In this document: in pieces, positions 50,238 to 63,878 of the stretch
Position numbering within the stretch: position 1 is the stretch's first letter
Layout: the number at the start of each line of letters is the position of its first letter
Source of the DNA: Amphiscolops sp. MND2022
Taxonomy: Eukaryota
Assembly: GCA_964187785.1 (NCBI GenBank)
Contig: OZ076409.1
Coordinates: 33,358,001-33,422,000 of the forward strand
DNA length: 64,000 bases
Reading direction: 5' to 3'
Translations under genes and position numbers: made by a program
The notes under the pieces: generated by a model
Databases searched by the model: none
Seen by the model: only the letters and a program-made list of their open reading frames with translations
Told to the model about the DNA's origin: nothing

Positions 50238-51687
50238 TTGTTTTCTTCCTGTTGACTGTATATACAGGACGCAAACGGTAAATTACCTCTCAGCTGTATT
50301 CGAGTTTGCATATATTCACGACAAATCGAAATTTTAGTGCGGAAAATCCAAGCTTCCTATCAGTATTTGAAAATACTAGGATTTTTTCCATGCTGCTTCT
50401 ATTCATGCGATGCAGTTTGTTATTGCAAAACATGGAAAATTCCGGGAGTCTGTAAGGAAAAACTTTATAAAATTACCATGCAGCTTCCGCTATTTGAATT
50501 AAAACTGAAAATCTTTACCGGTTCAACTTTTGGGTTTTTCGGGTACTGTAAAAGATTACTTCACACTTTGAAGTCCTTTTGCTATTTTTGAGCCTTATAT
50601 ATGGCGCCGACTTATGCCGTTCCCGGCTTGTTTTAAAAATGCAGCTGAGACAATACCAAATTTACTTTCATTTCACTGCAAAAGGTCAAGTTATCAACTG
50701 CAAACCAGCAGCATTTTTAGCGTGCGATTTGATGAGATGCGGCGATTACCTCCGTTGAGTAGTTGACAAGCCAAAGTGATAAAAATTGGTAAATTTTTCA
50801 TTTTAATTGCTAGAGAGGAAGTTGCAGTGTAATAGATAAGATTTTCAACGAAAACTCTTTCATTTTTCAGTTTCTCAAAACAATACCCTCAATGCAGGCT
50901 TCCAAAGGAATTAGAAAGTTCCTGCAGTTTTTACAAAGTGCGACACCCGAAAACATACAAAATTTGCTTTATCAGTTGAAAAGCCAAGAACAGACACATC
51001 CTAGGAGAGTTGTGATCAATCAATCGAAGAGTTGCCAGTTAAAATGAACTAATAAAGCCAGCAGAAAAGGCCCATGGGAAACATGGGTAGAGTAGTTGTT
51101 CCATGGCAGCTCTATTATTTTTTATGGTTTGTATGACTCAATGGTCCTTATTAGAGGATTTAAACCAGCCGCTGGGCTAGTAATTGCATGCTGCTCCGCT
51201 TCGCTTCGCACATGTATTTAGGGCACTACCTAAGCTGAACCTGATGGAAATCTTTCCTGGTGCATTCATGACAATTAGGCTCTTTTCTTTCACAAAACAT
51301 GAAAAATCATATGAGCCTGCTTGGAAAAGCTTTGTAGAATTATAAAGCAGTGTCCACTATTTCAGTCAAAACTGAAAACATTGCTTCTCCACCGTCACGA
51401 TCATTTTGTTTTTACACTTTGGTTTCTCAAGTACTAAACTGATGTGAGAACTGTTAGTCAAGTTGCACGATGATTATGACGCTAATTTCTAATTTTTAAA
51501 ACTTTCTGGTTTTGAAATGGCAGTGAAATTGATGTTATCAGCTACTTTGAAAGAGAAAACTGCTAAATAAAACTTGCAGAACTTCGTCGCATGCAAGTTT
51601 AGGGTGCAGTTGTTGAGCAATTTGATAAATTTCAAGTAAAGCAGGTGATTTTCAATGCAGAGAATTTTCCGTGAGTTTTCTATGAAG

Positions 51688-51839
51688 TCGTGAATTTGCT
51701 TGGCAATCTGCGAAAACGTGTAAAACGTTCAAAGTTTCAACAAGTGTAGATATACCATAGCTCACAACGTTCTCGAGATTTTCGCAGATTCAACGTTCTC
51801 GTTTTACACGTTTTCGCAGATTGCCAAGCAAATTCACGA
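51688..51839. repeat. Perfect 40-bp inverted repeat with a 72-bp spacer
   Basis: 51688-51727 is the exact reverse complement of 51800-51839. Confidence 0.95.
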
Positions 51840-52699
51840 TCGTATTTCTAGATTGGTGTTTATTCCTTTTTGACGTTTTTCTTCAAGCGTTTTCCCGGGC
51901 ACCGAGTTATGAAGAATAAACAATATTAGAAATCTAAAATGCCACAAGTAACTAATTTTTCTTCAAATGTTGAGTGAAAATCTTTTCAAAATTCATTTCC
52001 ACGTTTCTACTTATTTCTACATATTTACACCTGTTTATACTCATTTCCACATCAACGAATGTATGAATGAAGAAATCCATACTGTTAGCTTTCTCTTGAA
52101 TAAATGTACAACCTTGAAACATCAGGGGTGCGCACGGACTGTTATGACAATATCTAATATATGTCAAAGAGTGGGAATTAGATTTGGAAAAGTGATTACA
52201 TTCATATGCAAAACAAGACTGAAAGATGATAAATGTGAGTACAGCCTTGCGCCGCTAACATGGTTGACATTTGCAATTCTCAAAACTTTGTGAAACAAGC
52301 TGTTCATTTGTAACGAATGTGAATTGAGGAAATATAGAAAAACTAAAGGAATCGATTAGGTTTCCATAATGATAATTACTTCCGTAAAAGAAACAAATAG
52401 CTAAAAGAAAAATTACTTTTACGCATCACTTGCCAAAAGTGTTTCGTTTCAGAGGAAATCATTTTACTTAATGGCTCTTTCATGCATTTCAACCCAAAAG
52501 GTATTCTATTTACCAAGCAAGGTTCAGGTGCAGGCCATTAAAGTGTGTAATAATTTGGGCGTTTTATCCCTGTTGTATTCTAAGAGTTTTCTAATAAAAA
52601 CACAGCTTAAAAGTACTCTGAATTTTGTACGCCCGGTTTGTCCTAAGTTTTTATCAAACTACAGTGTATCTCTTTACAAAATATAGAGGTAGTACAAAT

Positions 52700-55600
52700 G
52701 TCTTTTAAATTTAAGTTTGTTGCTAAACAACTTGCTAAGTCTGCACCGAAACTCGGTAAGGTTCATTCGGGATCAACCGTATTACATTTCCCCTCTATCT
52801 CGGGGCTTCTTCTTTACAGGAAGGTAGATGATCCAGGAGGGGTTATCTCTCCGGGCATGAAGTCAGCTTGTTTGTGGGTGCTTTGTGGTTGTGGCGTTCT
52901 CTTTCTTACATTCCAGTTTGAACTTGTAATATTACAAACATTTATGATTTTGTTGTCCCCAAAAATTTTAGTATAAGGTACACTGCCGTATCTAGTCGGT
53001 TTATTTAAATTCCGGCTAGATCGCCGTATTGTATTTTCAATTTCCTCACTCTGTGGGATTTTGCCGTCGGTGTGGATTTGGAATACGTCCTCATCTGGGC
53101 TGGTCCGTAATGGCTCATAGCGGCAGTGCCGTTCTGAGGTGTCATATACTCGGTCTCAGGTATCTTCCTGCATTTCTTCTTCGTCATCATCGTCATCGTC
53201 TTCGGTATCTGATTCCGCTCTTTTTTTATTTTGCACAATCTTTAGTTTGCCGTTTAGGATGTCGCGCAGTATCTCATCCCATCGGCCGTATTTTCCGTTC
53301 AACCCTCTCAGGCAATGTCGGTTTTTCGGTGTTATTTCACCGCTCGTTATTCCAGTCTCCTTCAGGCTTCTTTTCTCGGTCTGAAAAAGTCTCGAAATAG
53401 AATTTTTGGTGTATTCTTTTTCCCGTGTCCGTTTTCACGGTAATTTCGGCTCCGTCAATTGCGTTTTTTTGCGTATCTTCTTGCGTATTTTCTTGCGTAT
53501 TTTCTTCTGAAACTTTCCTTTTGGTGATTTTTTGTTGTGATTTTTCTCTGTAACTTCAAAAGATATCTAACCGAAGCTTTCTTTTTCGGAGATTTTCGGC
53601 CTTCGTTCGCTCGCTTCTCCTCCGACTTTGTTCTTGCCATGACCATATGGTTGGGTATTTTCCCATCCGCATCACGGCCCACATAGATTGGGATTTTTGG
53701 TTTCTTTGGTGCTGAAATACATCTTTCTGACCAATCCGATAGATGTGTTTTTCCGTCTTTAACTATATTAGTTAAATGGGTCTTCGGTTTCCAATGTGGT
53801 GTAGCTCGAATGCTCAAATGGCGTTCTTTTCAAGACTGTTTGTATAGTGGACCGCATCACCCGGAGTGCTCGGTTTATACTTTCTGATAAATCGTTACCT
53901 TCTTCTAGATTTGTTAGCATTAAACTTTTTAACGTTTGCATCGCTCTTTCTACCGTTCCGTTTTCCGTATGTAACTGGGGTGTGCAGTGTACAATTTCAA
54001 TGTTTCGGGTTTTGCAAAAATCGCTCCTCCTTTATCGGAATTTGTTTTTTCGGGTGTTCCGTAAAAATTGAGTTCATTCGTTAAAAATGTATGACTTCTT
54101 TTGCTGCTGCGGTTTTACGCGTTGTCACCGTTGGCCATTTATTGAATCGATCTACCGCTATTAAAATTTGTATGCCGCGGTTAATCGTTTTGTTGTGTAC
54201 TTTTCTGGTGCATTTCAGTTAGTTTTTTCAACTTTCCGTAATATTTACTCTGTAATTGGTAATTTAAACTTTTATCTGATGCAAGGCAATAGGTGCAATC
54301 CTTGACTTTGTTTTCTATGTCCTGCTTAATTTCCGGCCACTTGAAAATCCTTGCTTTGACCATCGTCTTCGTGGTCCCGGAATGACCGAAATGTAGGATG
54401 TCTAGTAGCCTTCTTCAGAGATCCACCGGAACTACAATTTGGTCGTCCATGAATACGAGTCCCCATCTTATCGAGCGTTTGTCGAATACCGGTCTGTAAC
54501 TGTCGGGGGTTGTATCTCTGTGTTTCCGTCTCATGCGTGCTCTCACACTCGTTAGTTCGGGGTCAATTGCTGTTCTGGATATCAGGCTCTTCAGGTCCAG
54601 CATAAATTCAAACTCAGCTTCTTTGATTGTTTCTTCGGTTATTTTCTTGTCACCGGATAATGTCCGCACAATATGATTGATTTGAATGTAGTGGGCTTCC
54701 GTGCCCTCCGTGTTGAACTTGCTCCAGTCCAGTATCGGCAAATTGTCTCCTCCGAAGATTACGCTGTCTATCTCCGTTTCCACTTGCTCGGGTTCAATTT
54801 CTCCTTCTTCCGGATTTTCGGTCGCCTCTGTTTCGTTTTCGATTGGTTGGTAGGCGCCCCCAGTCGATTTGCTCTTTGAAGCAGTTCAGCGTCTATCTCA
54901 TCTATGTGCTCTCGGCTGTGATTCTTTGGACCTGAAGGTGCGAATATCGTCCTTTGGGAGTGACGGTGGTATCGTCTTCGTAAAGTTCTTGATCTTGATA
55001 GCGCATTTCTTTGCTCTACGAGTGCTCTTGTTTCCAGGCGTTTATTTCTCTTCCGTATTATCACCAATTTCTCTTTATTGTTTTATTAATTGCTCTCTTA
55101 TTGTTTTATCCGGTTCAAATCCGCGTCTCGTTCCCGTTCCCATTTCCAGGATTCATTCTTTTTGAGTAATTTTCTCAATCGGTCTGTCTGTACCGATAAC
55201 TTTGGAAATAATTTTTGCCATGTACTGTAATGCACCGAGGAATGACTTCAGTTCTTTCGTGTTTTCCGGTGGTTTTAATTTTATTATTGCTTCCACTTTC
55301 TCTTCATTCGGTTTTATACCGTCTCCTTTTATTTTGTATCCCAGCCATTTTGTTTTATTCATGGAGAATTCGGGTTTTTTTACTCGCTCGGTGTCCGGCT
55401 TTCTCCAGCTTGTTTAGGACATCGAAGAATTTTTTCTCGTGTTCTTTTTTGTCTCCCCGGGTTACTACTAGTATGTCGTCCAACCATGCCGGTGTACAAT
55501 ACTCTAATGTCCGGTAAATCTTTTCCTGGAATATCGTCGCCATACCTGCGAGTTCGAAGTATCCCTTTTTGAATCTGTAGTACCCGCTGAATTTTCCTCC

Positions 55601-56510
55601 GGATATTGCAAATACGCATTGTCGACTCGTTTCGTCTGAAAAGTTCTTTTGTCCGTATGCATAGTCCAGGTCTATTTTCGATATAAAAAGTTGTAGTGTA
55701 CGGTCACGGGTTATTTCTACCGAAACTTAGCTCAATAATTCCCCTATATTCGGCATGTGTGGTCGCATTTTGACACAGCTCTCATTTAATTTCCGTGAGT
55801 TTTGTGCGATTTTTACCGATTTTTCGTTTTTCGCAGTTATCACGACCGGGGATACAAAACAGTCTTCACCTACATCGCATTTGTTTCAGTGTACTTCTGA
55901 TGCGGTGCATTTGTGCAGTGGTGACCAATTTCAGACACCGCAATATCTGCATGGCCGGCTATTGAAATTTTTGTTTTTCGGGCTTGTTCCGAATTGTTCC
56001 ATTCTTTGTATCGGTTCTTCTTTGATAGCTTGTTTTTCTTTTGGCAATATCAGAGCTTCTCGTTTTGTGTTCTTTTTATTCTTCTTCTCGTACGTATTGT
56101 GTTTCATTAATTCGATTATTTTTTTCAATTCTAGTGTCTTTTTTCAATATTTTGTCCCGTAACTTTTTATCGGTGATCGCAGTCATATACTTCGATATCA
56201 ATAGTCCTTCCGCCGAGATTGTGTTGAATTTACATTCTTTTTCGATTGCATATAACCGTCAACAGAGTCCTTAGGGTGTTTCTTCTTCCATCTGTTTCGC
56301 TCGGAAAAAATCTCCCCGATTGTGGTAAGTGTTGCAGTGAACAACGGAATTAGATCATTAATTTTTATTGTATCCGGTTTCCTTTTATATCCGGCTTGCG
56401 TTTTTTGGTATAGAACTTCTTGTCCAACTCCCCAAATAAAATCTTCTTGTAGTGCTTGTTCCTCTCTGGTCCAACCGTTCTGTGTTATTTGTCCAACCGT
56501 TTATATATAT
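52700..56510 (-). mobile_element. Decayed, internally deleted Gypsy element of a different family (gag fragment, RT, IN); boundaries approximate
   Basis: PAWLDDILVVT; KWLGYKI..GIKPNEEKVEAI..ELKSFLGA; LHFGHSG..WPEI..DCTYC; NGTVERAMQTLK; no PR or RNase H recognised. Confidence 0.85.
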
Positions 56511-56523
56511 TGTTAGCCAGCAA

Positions 56524-57026
56524 CCCTTGTTGAAACTGCTTGAACTTTTTGCATGTACTTTAATGTTGCCAGCAACTTTTATTATGATTTTCTAAAACTC
56601 TTACGGAAACATTCATGCGAAAATTTGTCCCTGTTGTATTTAACTTTTATCAAGCTGCTTGAAAGATTCATCAAAGTTTTGGCGGCAATTTTAAGCCTTG
56701 AAGTTTTGCAGGTTTCATTAGGCAGCAGTTATAATTTTGAAAGCAAATAAGGCGCTATCAATTTTACCGCTAAATCAATGCAAAATAACTTCAGTCGCAT
56801 AATAAACTGCAAGTTAGCGTCATGTCTAGCGTGCTATTTGAGAAGCGGTGATCACATCAGATGAGTAGTTAAGAAAACTAAGTGTGAATACAAAGTGATC
56901 GTGTCGGTAATCTAGTGTAATTTATTTTCAAATTTAATTACAATAGTGGAAAATGCAGTGTAATTGTACATGATTTACCAACCGAAGTTTACTGCATGTA
57001 AAAAGGTCCTGCAGCTTCAACTAGGG
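56524..57026. mobile_element. Intact CCC..GGG MITE with 2-bp TSD (AA), CMC/EnSpm-like
   Basis: CCCTTGTTGAAACTGC / GCAGCTTCAACTAGGG; AA on both sides. Confidence 0.8.
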
Positions 57027-58816
57027 AACAAATAAACATATGCTTTTAAATGTATTTAAAATGTAATATTTAAATGTACATTATTTAAGCATCATTTAAA
57101 CGGAAAAAAGACCCAAGTTTGCTCAAAATCAGCTATTTGCATCCTTCTCAATTTGTTTCCTCGACAAGTTTTGGAAACATTAATATAAACTCGATAAACT
57201 TCTACAAAATCTTTACTACTGATGTTTTGAGACATCTCAACTAATTTCGAGAAAATGGAGCCTAAATTTGCCCCGGGGGACGTTTTCTTAATCACAGTAC
57301 TTTATTAAGATAGGAAATGAACGCTTCGCGTTGAAAAATTGCAATTATTTTTTCATTTAAAATGTTATTGAAACAAAAAATATATCATTGAATTCTAGAT
57401 AATCTGCAGAAACCTATGAATTTAAAATATTTAGAAAAATTTTTCAAAAAACTGCCCAAAACTGTGAAAATAGCAGAAGTGTTCTTTCTGCGCCTGAGAT
57501 TTCACTTGATGCGCCTATCAGAATTGAAAGTGAGAACAAATAAGCAATGCTAAACGACGCTCAGCGTATAGGGGGACGATTTCTTAATCACAGTACCGTA
57601 TTTATTTATCTTTACTCACAACGCTTCTAGTGTCCTGTGTTAGGCTTTGAAGGCAGGAAGAATGACACTGTGGTCTTGGTCAACGACGATCTGTTTACGG
57701 TTGTGTTTTGTTTCTTTAAAAGGTACCATGCTAGCAGTTCATCTTTAATGACAGAAAAGGTGAAACATCTAACAATTTTCAATATTTAAAGAAAACATGA
57801 ACCAGCAACATAAAATCAAGCACATGTATGGCAAGAGTGTTTTGATAACATTTGAAATCAATGGTGCCCAAATCGGATTAGGAAAAAGCGTGAACTTGGG
57901 GCATAAAAGGTGGAGCGTAGAAACAATTAAACAACACCGAACGAAAGTAAATGATTCGGAAAGCTCTCAATTAATCAAAGGCAAAAGATAAATTTTCAAT
58001 CCGTTGGTTTTCCATTCTTGAACGAATGTGCATTCAAAAATAGAGATCAAAAGCAAGAAACAGAGGGAAAAACAGATTTTGGATGCCCCTTTTTCTTTTC
58101 ATGGCTTTAATGGATTGCAAATCCGTAGTGAGGAAATAAAGGTGCATAATCGACGCCACCCACTTGTTAATTAAGGGGGACAATCAATCAAGTGAAGGAA
58201 GTGAAAAAGTCATTATGGGAAAATTTGTGGAGTGACTGCCAACAATTAGCATAAATTGACTTTGAAAAATGATTGTCAGCCGTGGAGGAAACAAGAGCTA
58301 AAAGGAATGTTTCGAAGTAATACATCTTTCCACGAACAAGTCCTTTTCCGACAATCCATCAGTTTAAACGCCCCATGTAGACTCTCCCTTATAGGCGCAA
58401 AGTGCCAACTGTCACGAGGTGCCACCATAGATTTGAAGATATCAACAGGTGTGAAGGATTTTTAAGATATAGCTCGAAAGCTTTTCATTACGTTTCACTT
58501 TGGCAAGAGATTGGAAGTGATTTGGGAATTTTGGAAAGTAGCGTTCAAAGTGGTGACAGATGACCTAATACTAGCCCTAGAAATCAAGGGAATCAACACA
58601 GAGAACTCAAACACCATTCTCCTAGGACTTTCATAACATTAATTCCTAAAGTCAGCTTACTAATGTAGCTTCAAAGAATATCAATGAAAACTCATGGCTA
58701 AATGATGTAAAAGTTTATGAGCGTCGATCATTAAATGTGTCAATCACAACAGTCATCAAAAACTATCGTTTCATGAGTTCGATGCCCACTAATTCAAGTG
58801 TCTAACTTATAAATTT

Positions 58817-59530
58817 CGTAACCGCAAGCGCTAAGCGATTGTATCGTAACAATAGAATGGAGGAACTGGCACCATGGATATGGTCGGGACAAACCACCAT
58901 GATATCAGCTCACTTTGTCTTCCTAAGCATAGCCGGTCCAGAGGAGGGGAACCGTCTCTAGAGATGCTCTCTGGCCTGATACCAGTCTGTAACTGCTAAG
59001 AATCAAAAGAATTGTGCTTTCTTCTCACAACCACCGTATAAATAGCTCATTAAAACAACAAGGTAGTGTAGAATTGAACTTTACCAACGGGAATCTGGGT
59101 AAATGCACAATGTAGGGGTAGCCCTCGAGCTAATAATTAATCAAACAAATACATCAGTTACGAAAATAAAGTCCAGTTCGGCGAAGTTAATGGGCGTTCG
59201 GGCGGCATGGCACCAGCGCTCGAGCTGGGCACAACCCTCTGGCACGGGTACTGCGATCTTCAAGCTGTCATGCTGATTTCCGGGCTAATCCTGCAAAACC
59301 TTGATTTCAGCAGGCAAACACCGTGGATACAACCAGTTCGCTGTCTTTTTGACCTTTTCCTTACTTGTCACGCTTTTTTGTTCTCGCTCTCTCTCGCGGT
59401 GCGCTTCTCTGTCTGTTTCCTTACGCTTTCTACTGACAGGTACTTTGCCAAATGTTCGAGTGCCACGTCAGTTTTGAACGAATTTTTCAACATGAGCCAA
59501 AAATTTCGTTGATCATCGGATACCGTTACA
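58817..59530 (-). repeat. Solo LTR of the E1 family
   Basis: Reverse complement aligns with 26842-27560 end to end; no internal sequence; TTT on both flanks. Confidence 0.9.
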
Positions 59531-59609
59531 TTTCCTAGTGGAGAATTTATATTTCGTTTCCTTGAAAAAAAACTTGGTTTCACCCGTCTTCTTTCCTAAC
59601 TACTTCCTA

Positions 59610-60788
59610 TACCTCTGGGCAGAAAAAAATGAGAATTTGAAGACTTTCATTTTTGTGCCATATTTTTAATGGACGCCACTTAGGCTTAAACGCCAGAAAC
59701 AAAAGTTGTAGATACTTGCCCGGCCTTTCTGGCCATGTAACAAAAATTCATATACGAGCACTAGATTTGGCGTGAACACACGAAATTTTTCACACTTCCG
59801 GTAAAATGCAAGCCAAGCGTAAAACACTTGATTATCTCTACAACAATGTTACTAAAGAAATTAATTTGTTGCTAAAGCTATCAGGAACGCCTTCATCTAC
59901 CTTTTATCGCAATTTCAAGATTTTACAAGAAGGAGGTTCATTGAAACGAAAGGTTGGAAGTGGTTGACCTCACAAATTTTGTGGAGATGAGCGAAGAAGA
60001 CTGGCACAATTGGCTTTAAAATATCCTACTTTTTCGGGACAAAACTTGGCTGAAATGATGTACGAGAAGACTGGGATTTCTGCAAATGCCAGTACTATTC
60101 GACGAACCCTTGCAAAAGGAGGAATTAAGAAAAAAATGCCGAAAATGGTACCTTTAATTACAGATGCCCATCGCCGGAAGCGGTTAGATTTTGCCGGACA
60201 TTGGCAAGTCCCAACAACGACCACAAAGCCAGCACCAAAATTTTCTCCAAAAGTGATGGTCTGGGGAGCACTTTCCTTCAATGGTTTTTACTTAAAAATT
60301 ATTGAAGATGGAACAATAAACAGCAGGAAATATTGCGAAATTGTAGCTGAATTTATGCCGTATTCTGATGCCTTGTATACGAATGGTTGGGTACTTGAGC
60401 AGGACGGAGCAACACCTCATACGTCGAAAGAAACCAAAGAATTCCTTGCGGAAAACAACATCCAGATTCTGCAATGGCCACCGAATTCCCCTGACATCAA
60501 CCCAGTAGAAAATGTTTGGACACTTTTAAAAGACTTTGTGGAAAAGCGGAATCCTCAAACTAAGGAAGAATTAATAGCCATTATCCAAGAATCTCAACAA
60601 GAAAGTGGATATGATATGCGTGAAAAATTGATGAATTCAGTTTCCAGACGCTTGGCTTTGTGTTTTGAGAATGAGGGAATTTTGGTAGAGTACTAAAACA
60701 CAATTATAAAATCTAAATAACTATCTACTTAGTTTGTTAGTTCTAAAGATATATTGAATTGAAAATTCTCGTTTTTTGCCCGGAGGTA
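59610..60788 (+). mobile_element. Tc1-family DNA transposon
   Basis: TIRs TACCTCTGGGCAGAAAAAAATGAGAATTT / AAATTCTCGTTTTTTGCCCGGAGGTA; TA TSD. Confidence 0.9.
59806..60696 (+). pseudogene. Tc1 transposase pseudogene (D34E spacing)
   Basis: ATG at 59806; G*P at 59965 (GRP motif); VMVWG; QDGATPH-x-WPPNSPDINPVE with 34 residues between D and E; first catalytic-Asp block missing. Confidence 0.9.
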
Positions 60789-61226
60789 TACAACCAACTG
60801 CGCCACCAACTGCGCCATGGTGATTAGATTTTACTCTCTTTGAGAGATGAAACTGGAAAGAGATTTGGCAGAATTTGGAAAAAAAACGCATCACCGACCA
60901 TGATTTTCCTCCCTCATTTATTTGGGCGTGAAATAACAAGTTTCGGTGTCTCGTTAGAGCGTCACGTTAGGAAGTCGGAACTACGTGGCTTCGAGTACGA
61001 CCCGAGACTTGCCAATTTTAGTTGCTAAAATCATCATTATTACAAACATATGTTTCTGATGTATCGTATATAAAGTATTATAATTCGACTACAATTTGAA
61101 CGAATTGGATACAGTGATATTTTTTGCGTCCAGTTAGGCGGTGGAGATTCACTTCCTGCTCATCATGTATTTTTCATCGCTTTACATTACGTCTGATTTC
61201 ACTATCGTATTCTCTCTGTATATTAA

Positions 61227-61836
61227 ACAAGCCGGGACCGGCCCAAGTCGGCGCCATATCCAAGGCTCAAAAATAGCAAAAAGACTCCCAAGTGTCAAGT
61301 ATTCTCTTTTACAGTTCTCGAAAATCGAAAAAATTTCGAAAAAAATGGACCGAGTGGCGCGCTAAAGTCTCACAATGCCGAAAAACTGAAAGGGGGAACC
61401 CTTTGAGGTTTTTCAACATCCATTCTATCGCAAAACATGAAAAAATTGAAGAAAACTAAAATTTTTATTTTCGGAAAAAAATCTCACAGTGCCGAAAAAC
61501 TGAAAGGGGGGATCCTTTGGGATTTTCCAACATCCATTCTGTCGCAAAACAGCAAAAAAATTGAAGGTGGACCCTTTGGGGAAAAAAGTTTCCGGAAAAA
61601 AAGTCTCGCAGGCCGAAAAAAATTGGAAGGGGGGTACGCCCTTTGGTACGCGGGTATGGTATGGTATGGTACGCGGGAAAACAGGAAAAACCTTTTTGGT
61701 TCAGTTCGCTAGACCAAATAGTGCAATTTGGTGCAATAATATTTTCTAGAACTTTTAAGAACTATTTTGGTCAGTTCGTGTGGATTGAAAAAAAGCCACT
61801 ATAATAGTCGCGTTTCACTTCATGAAGCGCCGACTA
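61227..61836 (-). mobile_element. HINE-like element, best-preserved copy
   Basis: ACAA-GCCGG-GA-CCGGC hairpin and AGTCGGCGC subTIR; GCGCCGACT subTIR with local TAGTCG..CGACTA at the other end; internal tandem units. Confidence 0.75.
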
Positions 61837-61927
61837 AAAATTGAGAAACATTTGTTAATAGCGCATTTTTGTACGTTCACAGCGGGGTTAAATTTCTACA
61901 AACACTAAAAACTTACAATAGTTTTTT

Positions 61928-62390
61928 TACTCGGCGCTTCATGAAGTGAAGCACGACTTTACTAGTGACTTTTTTTCAATCCACACGAACCGACCAAAAT
62001 AGTTCTACAAAAGTCTACGAAACTCGAAGGTGTCAAATGGGACCATTTGGCTCAGGGAACTGAACTATGAAAGTTGTTCCTTTTTTTTTCAGCGTAAAAT
62101 ACAATACCGGGCTAGACAAAAGGGTCTCCTTCCTTTTCAGTTTTTTGGCATTGTGAGTCTTTTTTTCCAAAAATTTTTAAAATCTCGAAAGGGTACCCTT
62201 CAATTTTTTCGATATTTTGCTACAGAATGGATGTTGAAAAATCCGGAAGGGTCCCCCCTTTTAGCGCAGCGCACAAAGTTCAACTTTTGGGTATTTTGTG
62301 TACTATAAAAGAGAATAATAGACACTTTGAAATCCCTTTGCTATTTTTGAGCCTTAGATGTGACGTCGACTTAAGCCGTTACCGGCATGT
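61928..62390 (+). mobile_element. HINE-like element, head-to-head with the previous copy
   Basis: 61928-62006 is close to the reverse complement of 61758-61836; 3' TTTTTGAGCCTTAGAT..CGACTTAAGCCGTTACCGGCATGT. Confidence 0.7.
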
Positions 62391-62480
62391 TTCTAAATGG
62401 GATGAATAACATTCGCACATTGCCAAGAAAGTTGACAATAAACTGGAAAGTTCGTGAATAACGAGCTTTCATATAAGGTG

Positions 62481-63539
62481 CCCGGGTTGACCCTCTTACT
62501 AGCATCTTGGTTGTCTTGGCAAGATCTTGCCAAATTCTTACTGCATCTTGGCAACCGTAGATCCTATGGCAAGACTTTTATTAAGATCTTACTAAGATAA
62601 TACTTATTCCAAGATCGTATCTTATCACGATGGACAAAATTTTAAGATTATAAAAAAACACTATACCTTCGGTACAAGCAGCCGAGACTCAATCTAAAGG
62701 CTCATTTCACCCAACAACGACTATTTCTACTCGTTTTCATAATCAAAATGCTTAAACCTGCTGAAAAAATTTTGCATGCAAAAATGCGTGAAAAATTACG
62801 ATAACGTAGTCTGGCTTCCAAAATTTTGACGAAAATCCTAATAACTGCTCACCTGTTTAGGACTGAGAAATGCGAATGTACCAAATAAAAGGTCATTTTA
62901 AGGGCTTTCCAAAACTTGTAATTTATCACTCCTGTCAATTCCAGAGGCGGAGAAATATGCTCTCAAACGTCCAGACCCACAATCGGAAAGTTACAAAGGA
63001 AAAACCTTAAAATTCTGAAATTTTTGTAAAAATCATATTTCCAGCTTTCTTTGAGCCTGTTTCAGCAGACTTATTACTGCTAGAAACGGCGGTCATTGCT
63101 CTACTTTGGGTAATGATTCAACTCAAGGCTTTACTGACGCCGTTGTTGGCGACAGTTTTGCAATTGAAAGAACAATATCGATATCGAAATGGTTGTAAAA
63201 ATCATTCAGTAATTTTGTTTTGAGTGATGTCTGAATTATTTTTCCATAACTCTTAATTTGATGGTTTTCCGATTCTACTTTTTCTCGATATCGAGCAGTT
63301 CGTAGCAATTTTCTTCTTGCCATATTCGGCTTTTTAGTTAGATTTTTCTTGCCATATTGGGCTTCTTAGTAAGATTTTTCTTGCCATATTGGGCTTCTTA
63401 GTAAGATTTTTCTTGGAAACGTGGCTATCTTGATAAGATCTTACCATGGCATCTTGCAATTCTTGGCAATATCTTGTCACAATCTTAGCTAAGATTTTTC
63501 CAAGATCTTACTAAGATATCCATGGAGGGTCGACCCGGG
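62481..63539. mobile_element. CCC..GGG non-autonomous element with 2-bp TSD (TG) and ATCTT/AAGAT subterminal repeats
   Basis: CCCGGGTTGACCCTC / GAGGGTCGACCCGGG; TG on both sides; ~32-bp x3 tandem at ~63314-63415. Confidence 0.82.
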
Positions 63540-63878
63540 TGGTTGTAAGTTTGATCAGTTTGCCGGGAGGTGGTTTCTAGGAAAAAAGAATGTAATCTGG
63601 CCGAAGGTAACAATTAATTTCAACGGTGCTCGGATGTAGTCTAATCTTTTGGAAAAAGTCTAATCTTCGTTATAATACCATTTCAGACAACATGTCAAAA
63701 AATTCAGTTTCTAGTTTTGTGACTGATGAACTATTCTACCACGATTACTTGGAACTCTCTATAGTCTAACCTATTCAATATTGCAGCAATAATTTCGTTC
63801 CATTTAGACAGAATATGTCAATAATCGTCATTTGAAATAGGTTTTCTTTGTTTCACAGTTCTTGGCTCTAATCTATTT

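Noticed and set aside
60940..61010. tRNA-like box motifs (also ~2370 and ~48420)
   Set aside because: No complete cloverleaf could be folded; at most SINE-like remnants
61360..61650. CRISPR-like spaced repeats
   Set aside because: The spacers are themselves repeated, the context is eukaryotic and there are no cas genes; these are HINE internal tandem units
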